This document shows positions 9,982 through 20,076 of a DNA stretch of 64,000 nucleotides, piece by piece (position 1 is the first letter of the stretch; each line of letters begins with the position of its first letter). The stretch lies in contig JAGXNO010000004.1 in NCBI GenBank assembly GCA_019894975.1, forward strand, positions 32,001-96,000, in the 5' to 3' direction. The position numbers were made by a program, and so were the translations under genes. This stretch comes from Promethearchaeota archaeon (lineage in GTDB: Archaea > Asgardarchaeota > Lokiarchaeia > Sigyniarchaeales > SOKP01). The notes beneath the pieces were generated by a model, which saw only the letters and a list, made by a program, of their open reading frames with translations, had not been told where the DNA came from and searched no databases.

Positions 9982-10998
9982 TTAGATTGAAAGCCCTGAA
10001 AATTCGCTATGATAAGGTGCCCAAAAAGCAATTTCAGTATCTGTGGTGGGGCAGCTGTGAGTCTCATTGCATACTCCAAAAGCCGAATGAAATAAGACAG
10101 CATTATTCCTTTTATAATTATCAATCAATGCCTGACCATAGGGGGAAGTAAGGAAACCCACAAACCTACAAGCTGCTACGAATTTAACATGTGGATGTAA
10201 AATGGGATTGACAGGGATTGCTCCATAAGGATTAAGTAAAAAATCTTCCCCTAAAACTGATTCAGCTAAAAGATTCAATGCCGTATAAGTGTCATTGAAA
10301 GAAAGCCATGTTCCCCTATCGACTAGGGTATATCCTCTATCATCAGCATCATTATAAGCTATAAGCAAAGTATCTCCCATCCCCGCTCCAACATCCTTAT
10401 AATAGTTAGTACCCGAAGTACTTGGATCCCAACCTATTAGAACCCATAGACTCAATTCTTTTAAATGTGTTCCAGAGCTATCTCCTCTTGAATAAACTGT
10501 TGTATTAAGCCCTACTGTCATTCCTAATTTCAATTTGGTCATTACGGTTGTAACATTATCATCAGGTAGTAGATTAGCTGGATTTGATGAGTGGCCAACT
10601 ATTATAAAATCATTGTACATTACACATGCTCGATGAACTCCATATGGTATTTGACCACCACTATAGTTAACAAACGTATCTTCTCTTGATCTTGAATGAA
10701 CAAGAATAACGTCTGCGTCTCCGCTTTGACCATAAGCTATTGCCTGACCTGTACCTACTGACAACACTCTAATTTTAATACCTGTTTCTTGGGTAAACTT
10801 TGGAAGTAAATAATCTAATAAACCAGAATCATAAGTCGAAGTTGTAGTCGCTAAGGTTATTTGATTTGGATCTTGGGCATTCATGTAATCGATAACGAAA
10901 TATGTTCCCACTGATCCACCAGCGATTAGTATAAGTGCTAGAATGACCGCAGTTTTATGCTCGCCTAAGAATTGTTGCGTTGATCTTTTTGTTGACAT
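9982..10998 (-). CDS. tupA: Tungstate-binding protein TupA, membrane anchored
   Basis: Diagnostic TTTS motif (ATTTSTYDSGLL), GTGQA, YNDF, SRGDSSGTH, NPY. Confidence 0.92.
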   Translation of the reverse strand: MSTKRSTQQFLGEHKTAVILALILIAGGSVGTYFVIDYMNAQDPNQITLATTTSTYDSGLLDYLLPKFTQETGIKIRVLSVGTGQAIAYGQSGDADVILVHSRSREDTFVNYSGGQIPYGVHRACVMYNDFIIVGHSSNPANLLPDDNVTTVMTKLKLGMTVGLNTTVYSRGDSSGTHLKELSLWVLIGWDPSTSGTNYYKDVGAGMGDTLLIAYNDADDRGYTLVDRGTWLSFNDTYTALNLLAESVLGEDFLLNPYGAIPVNPILHPHVKFVAACRFVGFLTSPYGQALIDNYKRNNAVLFHSAFGVCNETHSCPTTDTEIAFWAPYHSEFSGLSI

Positions 10999-11052
10999 TT
11001 TTTATTCTTTTTTTTTAAATTTGATATTCTTTCAAATGATTACTCCCATATA

Positions 11053-11080
11053 AGCGTTATTACCATCTAAACATAACGCT
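11053..11080. promoter_or_regulatory. ModE-type operator upstream of tupABC
   Basis: Perfect inverted repeat AGCGTTAT-N12-ATAACGCT next to a TATA-like TTATAT on the minus strand. Confidence 0.78.
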
Positions 11081-11155
11081 AATTTTATAAAAATTAAACA
11101 CAGTGAAATATTAAAAAAAAAAGAAATTTGAAATTGAATTATTTGTTTGAAGCGT

Positions 11156-11494
11156 TTATACTTCAGGTGCTTTTAATCCTATCAATCCCATAGCTTCGAC
11201 AGCGTCATAGGCAATGTTGATTTCATAGTCCCACCCTTCGACCGCTTTAGCAATTAGTAACTCTCGATTGTATGCGATGTCCATTACTTCTTTTACTTTA
11301 CCTGGTTTTATGGAAGAAACAGAAATACTATGCATTTTCCCATTAGATGGCCACACTGCAGAGGGAATAAGAGGTTTACCTAAGGATCTATCTTCAGGGA
11401 ATTTCGCAACTGCTTCCTGATAGGCTTTTCCAACCTCCTCTGATTTTCCCGCTGGCCACCACTGTTCTGTTACAAGATACATTAAAATTTTCAT
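11156..11494 (-). CDS. Hypothetical protein
   Basis: 112-aa ORF with protein-like composition; no motif recognised. Confidence 0.75.
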   Translation of the reverse strand: MKILMYLVTEQWWPAGKSEEVGKAYQEAVAKFPEDRSLGKPLIPSAVWPSNGKMHSISVSSIKPGKVKEVMDIAYNRELLIAKAVEGWDYEINIAYDAVEAMGLIGLKAPEV

Positions 11495-11620
11495 CTCCTA
11501 ATAATTTATTACAAAATTGGATTCATTTAGACAAAATGACTGATGCTATTTAATTGTTTAACATTTTAGTACAAACCTTAAATCCTAAATCTTTTTATAA
11601 ATATTTTAATTAGTAAGAGT

Positions 11621-12376
11621 ATGGCAACCTGGGGAGTCCACTTTCGCATTGCTGAGAATATTTTAAACATTTATCCGAAAATAAATCGGAAATTTTTTGC
11701 AATAGGTAATATTGCCCCTGATTGCGGCCTTCCTAATAAAGATTGGTCAGCCTTCACCCCACCGAAAGAAATATCTCATTTTTCAGCTGAAGAAATAAGC
11801 GACTTTCTCTTTATAAAAACAAATAAATTTATTCTAAATGATGTTAAATTTTATTCCACATACTTAAGGGAACATAATTTAATCTCCTTTCAGAAGGATC
11901 GCTCTATTCTTTTCGGATATTTCATTCATCTTATAACGGATAATCTATGGAATTATTACATTATGAAACCACTTAAGGAAAAATATTTAGATATACTTCA
12001 AAAGAACCCAAATTTTATTTGGGATATAAAAAGGGATTGGTATGATTTAGATAAGATATTTATAACAGAAAATAAAGATTCATTATTTTGGACAGACTTT
12101 CTTGAAGCAGAATATAATGATGATCTCCTCGATTTTTTCCCAAGAGAAGGAGTTAAGCGTCAACTGAAATTTATCAAAAAATTCTATCAAATATCTAATG
12201 AAGAATATATGAGAATTTCAAAAAAGGAATTCATTTACCTCGATAGAAAACAAATGGATAATTTTATTCAGAATTCCACAAACGTAATCTTGGACATTCT
12301 TGCTAAGATTTTTGAGAAGGATTTTAGTTTTACAGACAAAATTTCTGTTCTAGATGGGATTCTTATTTGGCATTAA
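11621..12376 (+). CDS. Zinc-dependent phospholipase C-like protein
   Basis: N-terminal W..H, GNIAPD, SHF, GYFIHLITD motifs. Confidence 0.75.
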   Translation: MATWGVHFRIAENILNIYPKINRKFFAIGNIAPDCGLPNKDWSAFTPPKEISHFSAEEISDFLFIKTNKFILNDVKFYSTYLREHNLISFQKDRSILFGYFIHLITDNLWNYYIMKPLKEKYLDILQKNPNFIWDIKRDWYDLDKIFITENKDSLFWTDFLEAEYNDDLLDFFPREGVKRQLKFIKKFYQISNEEYMRISKKEFIYLDRKQMDNFIQNSTNVILDILAKIFEKDFSFTDKISVLDGILIWH

Positions 12377-12881
12377 AATCTAAAATAATTTTTTTTACCC
12401 ACTTTGTTGCTTTTTCTTTAACTTTATCTGGTTCATGCTGTTTTGGCTCTTTAAAACGGATTTCACCTAGAATATTTGCATTTTTTAATGCTTTTTTCAA
12501 TTTATTCATAGCTTTAATTCCATCTCCCTGGCTACAAGTCCAAAGTGCCATATTTTTGCCTGTTAGATCAAATTTAGATAAGAAGGAATGAATAGGGGGA
12601 GTGTATGTCCATGCCCATACGGGTGTTCCCAAAATTATCAGATCATAATCCAGAGGATTTATCTCAATGGGTTTTAATTTTGGCTTTATTTTCATTGTGG
12701 CTTGATAACCCCCCCAAAAGTATTTCGAGCCACTTTCAGCTTTAAGTTCTTTTACAGGTTTTAACTCAAGAATTTCTGAATCTATTGATTCTGCTATTGC
12801 TTCAGCAATTATTTTTGTGTTCCCTGTAAGAGAATAGTAAACAACTAGTATATTTTTCATATTTTTTTCACTTAAATTCAA
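12363..12881 (-). CDS. Flavodoxin family protein
   Basis: YYSLTGNT FMN-binding loop, GTPVW. Confidence 0.88.
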   Translation of the reverse strand: MNLSEKNMKNILVVYYSLTGNTKIIAEAIAESIDSEILELKPVKELKAESGSKYFWGGYQATMKIKPKLKPIEINPLDYDLIILGTPVWAWTYTPPIHSFLSKFDLTGKNMALWTCSQGDGIKAMNKLKKALKNANILGEIRFKEPKQHEPDKVKEKATKWVKKIILDFNAK

Positions 12882-12942
12882 AAAACTATTGAATTGGGAA
12901 TAGTATCTAATTAAAATTAAAAAAGTAAAAAATAAAATAAAT

Positions 12943-13671
12943 TTATGGTAAAGTTACTGTATTTGTATTTTCATTAAGATTAAGGATTCCTTTAATGGCA
13001 AGTTGCTTGATGGTGCGTACCGCCATAATTGGCGGAACGTCCAGCAGTTTTTTAAGATCATCTAGCTTAGCAGAACCTTTTTCCATGATTGTGGCAATAA
13101 TATCCACCTCAATTATTTCCTCATCTGAATTTTCAATAAGGAACGCGGTAAAGAAATTCTCCTGTCTCAATTGATTAATTTTAGATTCTAACTCATCCAT
13201 CTTCTTCTGGTAGGAATTTTTCAGCTCAATTTCTCTGTTTTCATTTTCAACTGTTTTTTGATCTAATACAGTTTTTTCTTCTTCTTTTGAAGTAATCTTT
13301 TCGTTTATAGAACTCAATTTATCTTCCAACTGAGTATGCTCAAATGCCGGTTTTTTTAAATCATTAACGCTAGTCTCCAAAGTATTTGTTAGTTCTGAAA
13401 TTTTTGAAGTTAATTCATCTTTTTTAGCGTTTAATCCTGCCATAGTAGTATCTAATTCCTCTGATTTCGTTCTTAATTCAGTTAATTCAGAATTTTGAGC
13501 CGATAATCTATCTTTAATAGTGTCTTCTTCTTTTTGTTCAGCCTGCATAAATTTCCATGCTTCTCTTAATTGAGAAAGAACTTCCTCGTTATGTTTTTGC
13601 AGAACTTGCCAATATGTATCATAGGCGGTCTCAAATTGTTCGATTAATGCTAAAATTTCTTGTGAACTCAT
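12943..13671 (-). CDS. Coiled-coil protein with C-terminal winged-helix-like domain
   Basis: Long heptad-rich region followed by DIIATIMEKGSAKLDDLKKLLDV..AVRTIKQLAIKGIL. Confidence 0.75.
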   Translation of the reverse strand: MSSQEILALIEQFETAYDTYWQVLQKHNEEVLSQLREAWKFMQAEQKEEDTIKDRLSAQNSELTELRTKSEELDTTMAGLNAKKDELTSKISELTNTLETSVNDLKKPAFEHTQLEDKLSSINEKITSKEEEKTVLDQKTVENENREIELKNSYQKKMDELESKINQLRQENFFTAFLIENSDEEIIEVDIIATIMEKGSAKLDDLKKLLDVPPIMAVRTIKQLAIKGILNLNENTNTVTLP

Positions 13672-14417
13672 TAGAAATCAACCTCCCCTTTTAATGTTAC
13701 AGTTCCACTTCCTTCATCATACTCAATTGGTCCATTCTTCTGCACCATTTTCGTTAATATATTTCTTGCTACATCTTCCCTTAAACCCATCGCTTGGACA
13801 ATGTTCCTTAGTTCAATAGTGGTATTAGGTTGCAATGCTTGTATAAGTTTTAATTGGGCAGATTGGATATAACCAGCTTTGATCAATGACTTCATAGCGG
13901 CAGCCCGTATAGCATATGAATTACTAAAATTCTCCTTTTTATTATATTCCTCTTGAAGTTCTCCTCCCAGTTCATTCATTTTGTTATCGAACTTCTCTTG
14001 AATATCTTTTAACTCTACAAGTCGATTTTCTAATTCTTGTAGTCGACTACTTCGAGTTGCTAATTCTTCTTTTCGGGTTGTAATTTTTGTTTGAGTTTCA
14101 GCTAATTCATTTTGTGCACCTTGGATTTTATCTAGAAGTGTTTGTCGTTGATTGTTAAGCTCAGCATTATTTTCTTCTAAGGAAGTAATATCTCGTTGAT
14201 TCTGAGAAATCTTATTTTTCAATGAATTGATTTCATCATCATTAGTTTCAATAGTTTTTAAATCGGTTGTTTTAGTTTCTTCAAGTTTCCCAATCTGCTC
14301 TAGTAGATTACTGGGCTGTGTTTGCAATTTAGGAATTGAATCTGAGTTTAATCCATTAAGTTCCTCAATGATTGTGAGTATTTTCTTTAAGGATGATTTT
14401 GTATCAGTAAGACTCAT
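13671..14417 (-). CDS. Coiled-coil protein with C-terminal winged-helix-like domain (partner of the adjacent gene)
   Basis: Heptad repeats; C-terminal LRNIVQAMGL..ARNILTKM..IEYDE..TVTL; stop codon overlaps the next start. Confidence 0.75.
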   Translation of the reverse strand: MSLTDTKSSLKKILTIIEELNGLNSDSIPKLQTQPSNLLEQIGKLEETKTTDLKTIETNDDEINSLKNKISQNQRDITSLEENNAELNNQRQTLLDKIQGAQNELAETQTKITTRKEELATRSSRLQELENRLVELKDIQEKFDNKMNELGGELQEEYNKKENFSNSYAIRAAAMKSLIKAGYIQSAQLKLIQALQPNTTIELRNIVQAMGLREDVARNILTKMVQKNGPIEYDEGSGTVTLKGEVDF

Positions 14418-14569
14418 ATTTATCTCTCTTCTTTAAAATGATTTATAAAATAATAGTGGGGAGATTAATAAATTCTCTCTAATCAATAAAAACCATAGGA
14501 GGATTGATGATGAATCAAAAAAAAGATATAACTGTAGAATTATTTTCATTTAATACTAAAACATTTTTA

Positions 14570-14585
14570 AATTCAAGCTTGAATT
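14570..14585. promoter_or_regulatory. Perfect 16-bp palindrome AATTCAAGCTTGAATT (possible operator)
   Basis: Read directly; lies about 35 nt upstream of ORF 14620. Confidence 0.35.
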
Positions 14586-14619
14586 AATTAATATAACATA
14601 TTAAGTTTTAGAAACCTAA

Positions 14620-14811
14620 ATGAACGAAATTAAGAAGCTTTTAGGATTAATCGGTATTATCCTCTTAGGATGTGGAATTTTCTCAATATTCTTAAATATC
14701 TATATTTTTGGTTTGTCTTTTTTTTCTTTTAATATAGGTATGGTCATTACTCTTTCATTATCAATTGGGGGTATATTAGTATTAATATGGGGGATAAGGA
14801 TTAAACTATAA
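14620..14811 (+). CDS. Small two-TM membrane protein
   Basis: 63 aa with two hydrophobic helices. Confidence 0.55.
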   Translation: MNEIKKLLGLIGIILLGCGIFSIFLNIYIFGLSFFSFNIGMVITLSLSIGGILVLIWGIRIKL

Positions 14812-14884
14812 TACCTTCTTTCAATTTGATTCATAATCCGTTTATTAAGTCTGTTAAGATTATAAATTTTGATTTTTCGAAACT

Positions 14885-16219
14885 TTGGAATTGAGGGAAA
14901 TCGATAATAAAGTCTTAATTAAATCAAAATTTAAGTTACCATACGGGACTAACCTTGGAAGTAAATGGGGATTTAAACTGTCAAATTCGACTACTAAAGA
15001 TAAGAAGTTCAATAAACATCTCCCTATTATTCTTCTGATCATGTTCACAGAAACATTAGGCTTCAGTATCGTTCTACCCGTTTTACCGCATTTGGGGCTC
15101 TCGTTAGGGTTAAATTTCTTTCAAATTGGGTTAATATCAAGTATTTTTAGTTTTTGTCAGCTTTTTGCTAGCCCGATTACAGGTAAACTTAGTGATAGAT
15201 TCGGGAGAAAACCAATCTTAATATTTAGCCAGTCAAGTACCTTTTTAGGATTCCTTCTCCTTGGAATGGTTGACACAGTATGGATATTAATATTAGCACG
15301 TTTAGTCGATGGTCTACTAGGAAGTAATATGACGGTGACTCAAGCATATCTAAGTGATGTAACAGATCCTAAAGATCGAACCAAAACTTTTGGATATTCA
15401 AGTGCAGTTTTTGGTGCAGCTCTTATTTTTGGACCCGTTATTGGAGGAACTCTATCTAGTATAAATTATTCTATTCCAATGTTCTTTGCTGCGGGAATAA
15501 GCTTAATTTCCATAATATTAGTAATTATATTCTTACAAGAGTCATTGACTATTAAGAAAGAAAAATTTAACTTGAAATTTGAAGAAATTATCCCCATTAA
15601 AGAAACTAAACGGTTTTTTAAGTCAACCGAGATAAAAGGGCTTCTAATAATCTTTTTTATCTATAATTTTGCGTTTATGATCTTTATCTCTAGTTTTGCT
15701 TTACTAGCCAAAATCCAATTAGACGTAAATTCCCAAGAACTTGGTTTTTACCTAGCTTGGGTTGGAATTCTGCGTGTTATTTTTCAGAGTGCCCTAATAA
15801 CTCCCTTATTAAAAAAAATCAACGAAAATAATACATTGAAGATTGGAGTTTTAGCTTTAGTAATCACAATGATATCTTTAGTTCTAATTACAAACTTCTG
15901 GATTGTATTTATACCGCTAATTTTTCTAGCATTTGGATCAGGAGTTGTACGTCCTATCCTTACAAGTAAATTGAGTAAATCTGTCGGAAAGGAAGAAACT
16001 GGAAGTCTTTTAGGTGTGAATAATTCCTTTTCTAGTATAGCTCAGATCCTATCACCAATTCTTGGGGGATTAATTCTTGAATTTTTACCTTCTCAGACAC
16101 TACCGGCAATCTCAGCAGTACTTTTCCTCTTGATTTTTGTTTTCTGGCGCTTTGGATTTACTAAACCCATACAAGTTGAAGCTACATCACCAGTTAAATA
16201 CGAGAAAAAGAATTTATAG
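14885..16219 (+). CDS. MFS transporter, TetA/DHA1-like (true start probably downstream of 14885)
   Basis: Motif A GKLSDRFGRKP, ARLVDG, GPVIGG. Confidence 0.9.
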   Translation: MELREIDNKVLIKSKFKLPYGTNLGSKWGFKLSNSTTKDKKFNKHLPIILLIMFTETLGFSIVLPVLPHLGLSLGLNFFQIGLISSIFSFCQLFASPITGKLSDRFGRKPILIFSQSSTFLGFLLLGMVDTVWILILARLVDGLLGSNMTVTQAYLSDVTDPKDRTKTFGYSSAVFGAALIFGPVIGGTLSSINYSIPMFFAAGISLISIILVIIFLQESLTIKKEKFNLKFEEIIPIKETKRFFKSTEIKGLLIIFFIYNFAFMIFISSFALLAKIQLDVNSQELGFYLAWVGILRVIFQSALITPLLKKINENNTLKIGVLALVITMISLVLITNFWIVFIPLIFLAFGSGVVRPILTSKLSKSVGKEETGSLLGVNNSFSSIAQILSPILGGLILEFLPSQTLPAISAVLFLLIFVFWRFGFTKPIQVEATSPVKYEKKNL

Positions 16220-16235
16220 ATAAAACAAGTAATGA

Positions 16236-17075
16236 TTAAACTTCTTTTGAGATATCTTCTATAAAGGAATTTTTGTTAATCGGGCCATACGGAAGGTTTC
16301 TTCTTTGGATGACAATATTCAGGTGCTCTATCATTTTTTCTGCTAAATAATTAAAGTCAAATTCAAATGAGGTAGTTTTTTGGTAATATTTTTTTAGAAA
16401 TAAATTTATCAACTCAACCTTATGTCTTGGCTCACCCATATCAAAAAGGCCAGGATTAGTATCTAAAAGGGAACAACAAATCCACGCTAAATCATCCATA
16501 TTATTTCCTTCATAAGCGTCCTCAAAATCAACTCCATATAAAATTTCTTCTGAAAAATCAATAATAAAATCCCTAAGTCGAGTATCTCCTTTGTTTAAAA
16601 CGAAAGTTTCTTCCGTATTATATTTTCTAACTAGATTCTTTTCATGTAGTTGTGCGAGCCATTCCGCTAATTTTTCAATACTAAATATTACTTGATGTTT
16701 TATTTCAGAAGTTAAATCCCCTAAATCTATTGTGTTTTTTAAGTTATCATTAATGAAATCACACAAATTAACTCCCTGTACTTTTTCTAAGAGTAAGTAT
16801 GGTTTCTTTAAACTCAATATCTCCGGGACATGGAAGTTTTGATTTTTTAACCTATTTAATATATTATTCTCACTGACAATATTTTTCGTTCTAAAAATTT
16901 TAATTATAAATTGCTTAGGGAAATTTTTTGGCTTTTTGTCAAAAACAATATCGATTACTGTATTTTTCCTACTCTGCAATTTTGAAATATTATAATTCAC
17001 ATCCTTATTGCGAAATTCAGGAATAATTCCCCTCAAATCCTTAGCAATTTTAGAATTAATTTTTAGGAGACTCAT
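16236..17075 (-). CDS. Atypical protein-kinase-like (APH/RIO/Bud32-fold) protein
   Basis: IIKIF, LLLEKVQG, LAQLH, KGD..RDF, GVDFE motifs. Confidence 0.65.
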   Translation of the reverse strand: MSLLKINSKIAKDLRGIIPEFRNKDVNYNISKLQSRKNTVIDIVFDKKPKNFPKQFIIKIFRTKNIVSENNILNRLKNQNFHVPEILSLKKPYLLLEKVQGVNLCDFINDNLKNTIDLGDLTSEIKHQVIFSIEKLAEWLAQLHEKNLVRKYNTEETFVLNKGDTRLRDFIIDFSEEILYGVDFEDAYEGNNMDDLAWICCSLLDTNPGLFDMGEPRHKVELINLFLKKYYQKTTSFEFDFNYLAEKMIEHLNIVIQRRNLPYGPINKNSFIEDISKEV

Positions 17076-17195
17076 TACAACCTTACTAGTTTGACTTTAT
17101 AATAATTTTATGGACTAAATAACAATCTATATCTATAAAATTATGTATTATAGAATGCTTAATAACCGGATTTCATGAAGAAAGGTAAAATAAGA

Positions 17196-17753
17196 TTATT
17201 CTTGTTTTTCTTTAATTTTATTCAGGATCATCTCTTTAATATCAGAGAATTCAGGAACTACAATGATACCTTCCATTTTTTTCAATTTTTCTATGTTTTC
17301 AATCTCAATATCTCTGATTTTCAGTGTTAAAGGAGATCCATCTGGTCTTGTAGTAACAATTGGCTCTAAATCTTGGTCTGATGGAAATATATGTACATCC
17401 ATATCCCCTTTTACAGCTTGGGCAACACAATTAGTAATTAATGTATCTGCTATACCATGGACAATTTTTGCCACAGAGTTTGCAGAGACAGGACATACTA
17501 AAAACATATCATATTTACCTAATTGTAACGGTCCCGCATAAAAAGGAATGTTTGGTGTCTTTTCCACTTTTACTCTTTTTACCACTTCAGTTAGAGCTAA
17601 CCATTTTTTATACCACTTTACAACCGCAGTACCCTCTTTTGTTAAAATTACGGTTATATCGACACTATATTCCTCTTGTAAATCTTTCATTAAATTAATA
17701 CACTCATCTAAAAGGTATCCCGTTCCGGTTATACCCCACATTAATTTAAACAT
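17196..17753 (-). CDS. Archaeoflavoprotein (AfpA/dihydromethanopterin reductase-like flavoprotein)
   Basis: WGITGTG, GKYD..CP.SANSVAKI..GIADTLITN.VAQA.KG. Confidence 0.8.
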   Translation of the reverse strand: MFKLMWGITGTGYLLDECINLMKDLQEEYSVDITVILTKEGTAVVKWYKKWLALTEVVKRVKVEKTPNIPFYAGPLQLGKYDMFLVCPVSANSVAKIVHGIADTLITNCVAQAVKGDMDVHIFPSDQDLEPIVTTRPDGSPLTLKIRDIEIENIEKLKKMEGIIVVPEFSDIKEMILNKIKEKQE

Positions 17754-17863
17754 ATGAATTCCTATGTATTTTATATTTTTTTTCTATAATAAGAAGAATT
17801 AATAATTTAAGCATAATAAATATTTAATGAGATTATTCTAATATCATTACGTTCAGAGTAAAA

Positions 17864-19099
17864 ATGAAAGATTCTAAATATATTTACCTTGATAATGCTG
17901 CTACCACTCCAATGGACCCTAAGGTTATTGAAGAGGTAATTAAACATTTTAATGAGACCTACGGAAATTCCTCAAGTTTACATTCAGCAGGGCAAAAAGC
18001 AGGGCAAACATTGTTAAAATCTCGTGAAATAATTGCCTCGTTAATCAATGCCCATAGAGATGATATTTTTTTCACATCCTCTGGCACAGAAGCGGATAAT
18101 ATAGCGATATTTGGGGTTGCTTCAAAAAATAAAGAAAGAGGTAATCATATTATTACCACTACAGTTGAACATCATGCTGTAGAAAATCCTTACAAACAAT
18201 TAGAAAAGAAAGGATTTGAAGTAACCTTTTTACCAGTTGACCAATTTGGTCTGATTAACCTCAATGACCTAAATAATGCAATTAAAGATAAAACTATCTT
18301 AATTAGTATTATGTTTGCAAACAATGAAATCGGCACAATTGAACCTGTAAAAGAAATTGGAGCAATAGCAAAAAAGAATGATGTTATATTCCATACAGAT
18401 GCAGTTCAGGCTTTTGGAAAAGTACCAATTGATGTAATTGACATGAATATTGATCTTTTATCTGCTTCTGCTCATAAACTCTACGGTCCAAAAGGAGTCG
18501 GAATGTTATATATCCGTGGTAAAGGAGCAAGAAAAGGGTGGGGGAAATATATAGAGCCGATTATGTTTGGTGGCGGTCATGAAAGAGAAATGAGACCGAG
18601 TACTGTTAATGTCCCTGGAATCGCTGGCTTTGCTAAGGCTGTAGAACTCGCAAAAGAAGAATTGGAAAAAGAAGCTGCTAGACAGACAAAATTACGAAAC
18701 AAGATAATTAAATGGGTTATAGATAATATTGAAGATTCTTTTCTTAATGGTCATCCGACTCAAAGACTCCCAAATAATGTGAATTTAGGATTTAAATATA
18801 TTGAAGGGGAATCAATAGTATTAGATTTAGATATGGAGGGTATTGCAACTTCTACAGGATCTGCGTGTTCTTCGCAATCACTTGAGCCTTCACATGTATT
18901 AACAGCTATCGGTTTGAAACCTGAAGAAGCACATGGCTCTCTGAGAGTTACATTAGGGAGATTTACCACTGAGAAGGAGGTTGATTATTTCTTGGAAAAA
19001 TTACCTGGAGTTATCGATAGATTAAGAAAAATGTCTCCCCTTAAGAAAGGTGTTAAATATATGTTCGATAAATCTTCTGATACAGAACATCACCATTAA
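17864..19099 (+). CDS. iscS: Cysteine desulfurase IscS/NifS
   Basis: YLDNAATTP, HTDAVQ, SAHKLYGPKG (PLP Lys), STGSACSS (catalytic Cys). Confidence 0.95.
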   Translation: MKDSKYIYLDNAATTPMDPKVIEEVIKHFNETYGNSSSLHSAGQKAGQTLLKSREIIASLINAHRDDIFFTSSGTEADNIAIFGVASKNKERGNHIITTTVEHHAVENPYKQLEKKGFEVTFLPVDQFGLINLNDLNNAIKDKTILISIMFANNEIGTIEPVKEIGAIAKKNDVIFHTDAVQAFGKVPIDVIDMNIDLLSASAHKLYGPKGVGMLYIRGKGARKGWGKYIEPIMFGGGHEREMRPSTVNVPGIAGFAKAVELAKEELEKEAARQTKLRNKIIKWVIDNIEDSFLNGHPTQRLPNNVNLGFKYIEGESIVLDLDMEGIATSTGSACSSQSLEPSHVLTAIGLKPEEAHGSLRVTLGRFTTEKEVDYFLEKLPGVIDRLRKMSPLKKGVKYMFDKSSDTEHHH

Positions 19100-19165
19100 T
19101 TTAGATGAAAATAATAATTCTTTTCTCCTATATTATTTATATTAACATGATTCAATAATAGAATT

Positions 19166-19966
19166 ATGAGATTACAAAATAAAGTTGCTTTAATAACGGG
19201 TGCATCCCTAGGTTTTAAAGAAGGCGGTCCATCAATAGGAAGTGCCATCGCATTTAAATTTGCTGCCGAAGGGGCAAAAGTGGTAGCTGTTGATGTTTTA
19301 GAAGAGATGGGACAAAAAACGATAGATCAAATTATCGATAATGGCGGAGAAGGTTTATTTATTAAAACCGATGTTTCTAAAACTAATGAAGTAAAAGAAG
19401 CTATAAATCTCGTGAAGGACAAGTACCAAAAATTACACATTTTAGTTAATTGTGCAGCAACCTATGAAGGAGAAATTTTTAGAAATGTTGTTGATATCCT
19501 TGAAGACGATTGGAAAAGAACAATAGACGTTAATTTAAATGGATATTTTAGATTTAGTAAATATGCTATTCCTTTAATATTGGAAAGTGGTGGAGGAGCT
19601 ATAGTTAATATTTCATCAGGTGCGGCTTTTAAAGTGTTAAAGGATTTTTGCGTATATCCAGTAACTAAAGCAGCAATAAATGCTTTAACGAGAACGCTAG
19701 CAATCGATTTTGCCCCCCAAATCCGCACTAATTCTATATGTCCCGGTTTTGTTAGAATTGCTAATTCTGAAGGGGATCGAACGATTCAAGAAATAAAGAC
19801 ATGGGTTAATGATATAGCAAAAACTTATCCATTAAAAAGGGTATGTACAGTTGATGAAATTGCAAATGTTGCGTTATTTTTAGCGAGTGATGATTCATCC
19901 TATGTTAATGGGGAGTGTATAAATGTTGATGGTGGTAGAATTGTATCTGATACTCATGATTTTTAA
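19166..19966 (+). CDS. Short-chain dehydrogenase/reductase
   Basis: Rossmann N-terminus, NISS, YPVTK (YxxxK), VDGG. Confidence 0.9.
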   Translation: MRLQNKVALITGASLGFKEGGPSIGSAIAFKFAAEGAKVVAVDVLEEMGQKTIDQIIDNGGEGLFIKTDVSKTNEVKEAINLVKDKYQKLHILVNCAATYEGEIFRNVVDILEDDWKRTIDVNLNGYFRFSKYAIPLILESGGGAIVNISSGAAFKVLKDFCVYPVTKAAINALTRTLAIDFAPQIRTNSICPGFVRIANSEGDRTIQEIKTWVNDIAKTYPLKRVCTVDEIANVALFLASDDSSYVNGECINVDGGRIVSDTHDF

Positions 19967-20076
19967 TTCGTTTACTAAGATTTTATCGATAAAGATTGAT
20001 CTTCGTCTTTAACTTATTACTTTATTACTAGAAAAATTCGAAAGAATTTTTGTAATAAGAAAATTTCTTCTATTTA

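Noticed and set aside
14497-14587. AGGAGG followed by a 26-codon ORF (MMNQKKDITV...)
   Set aside because: Too short and AT-rich with no recognisable similarity; may be a remnant but cannot be supported as a gene.
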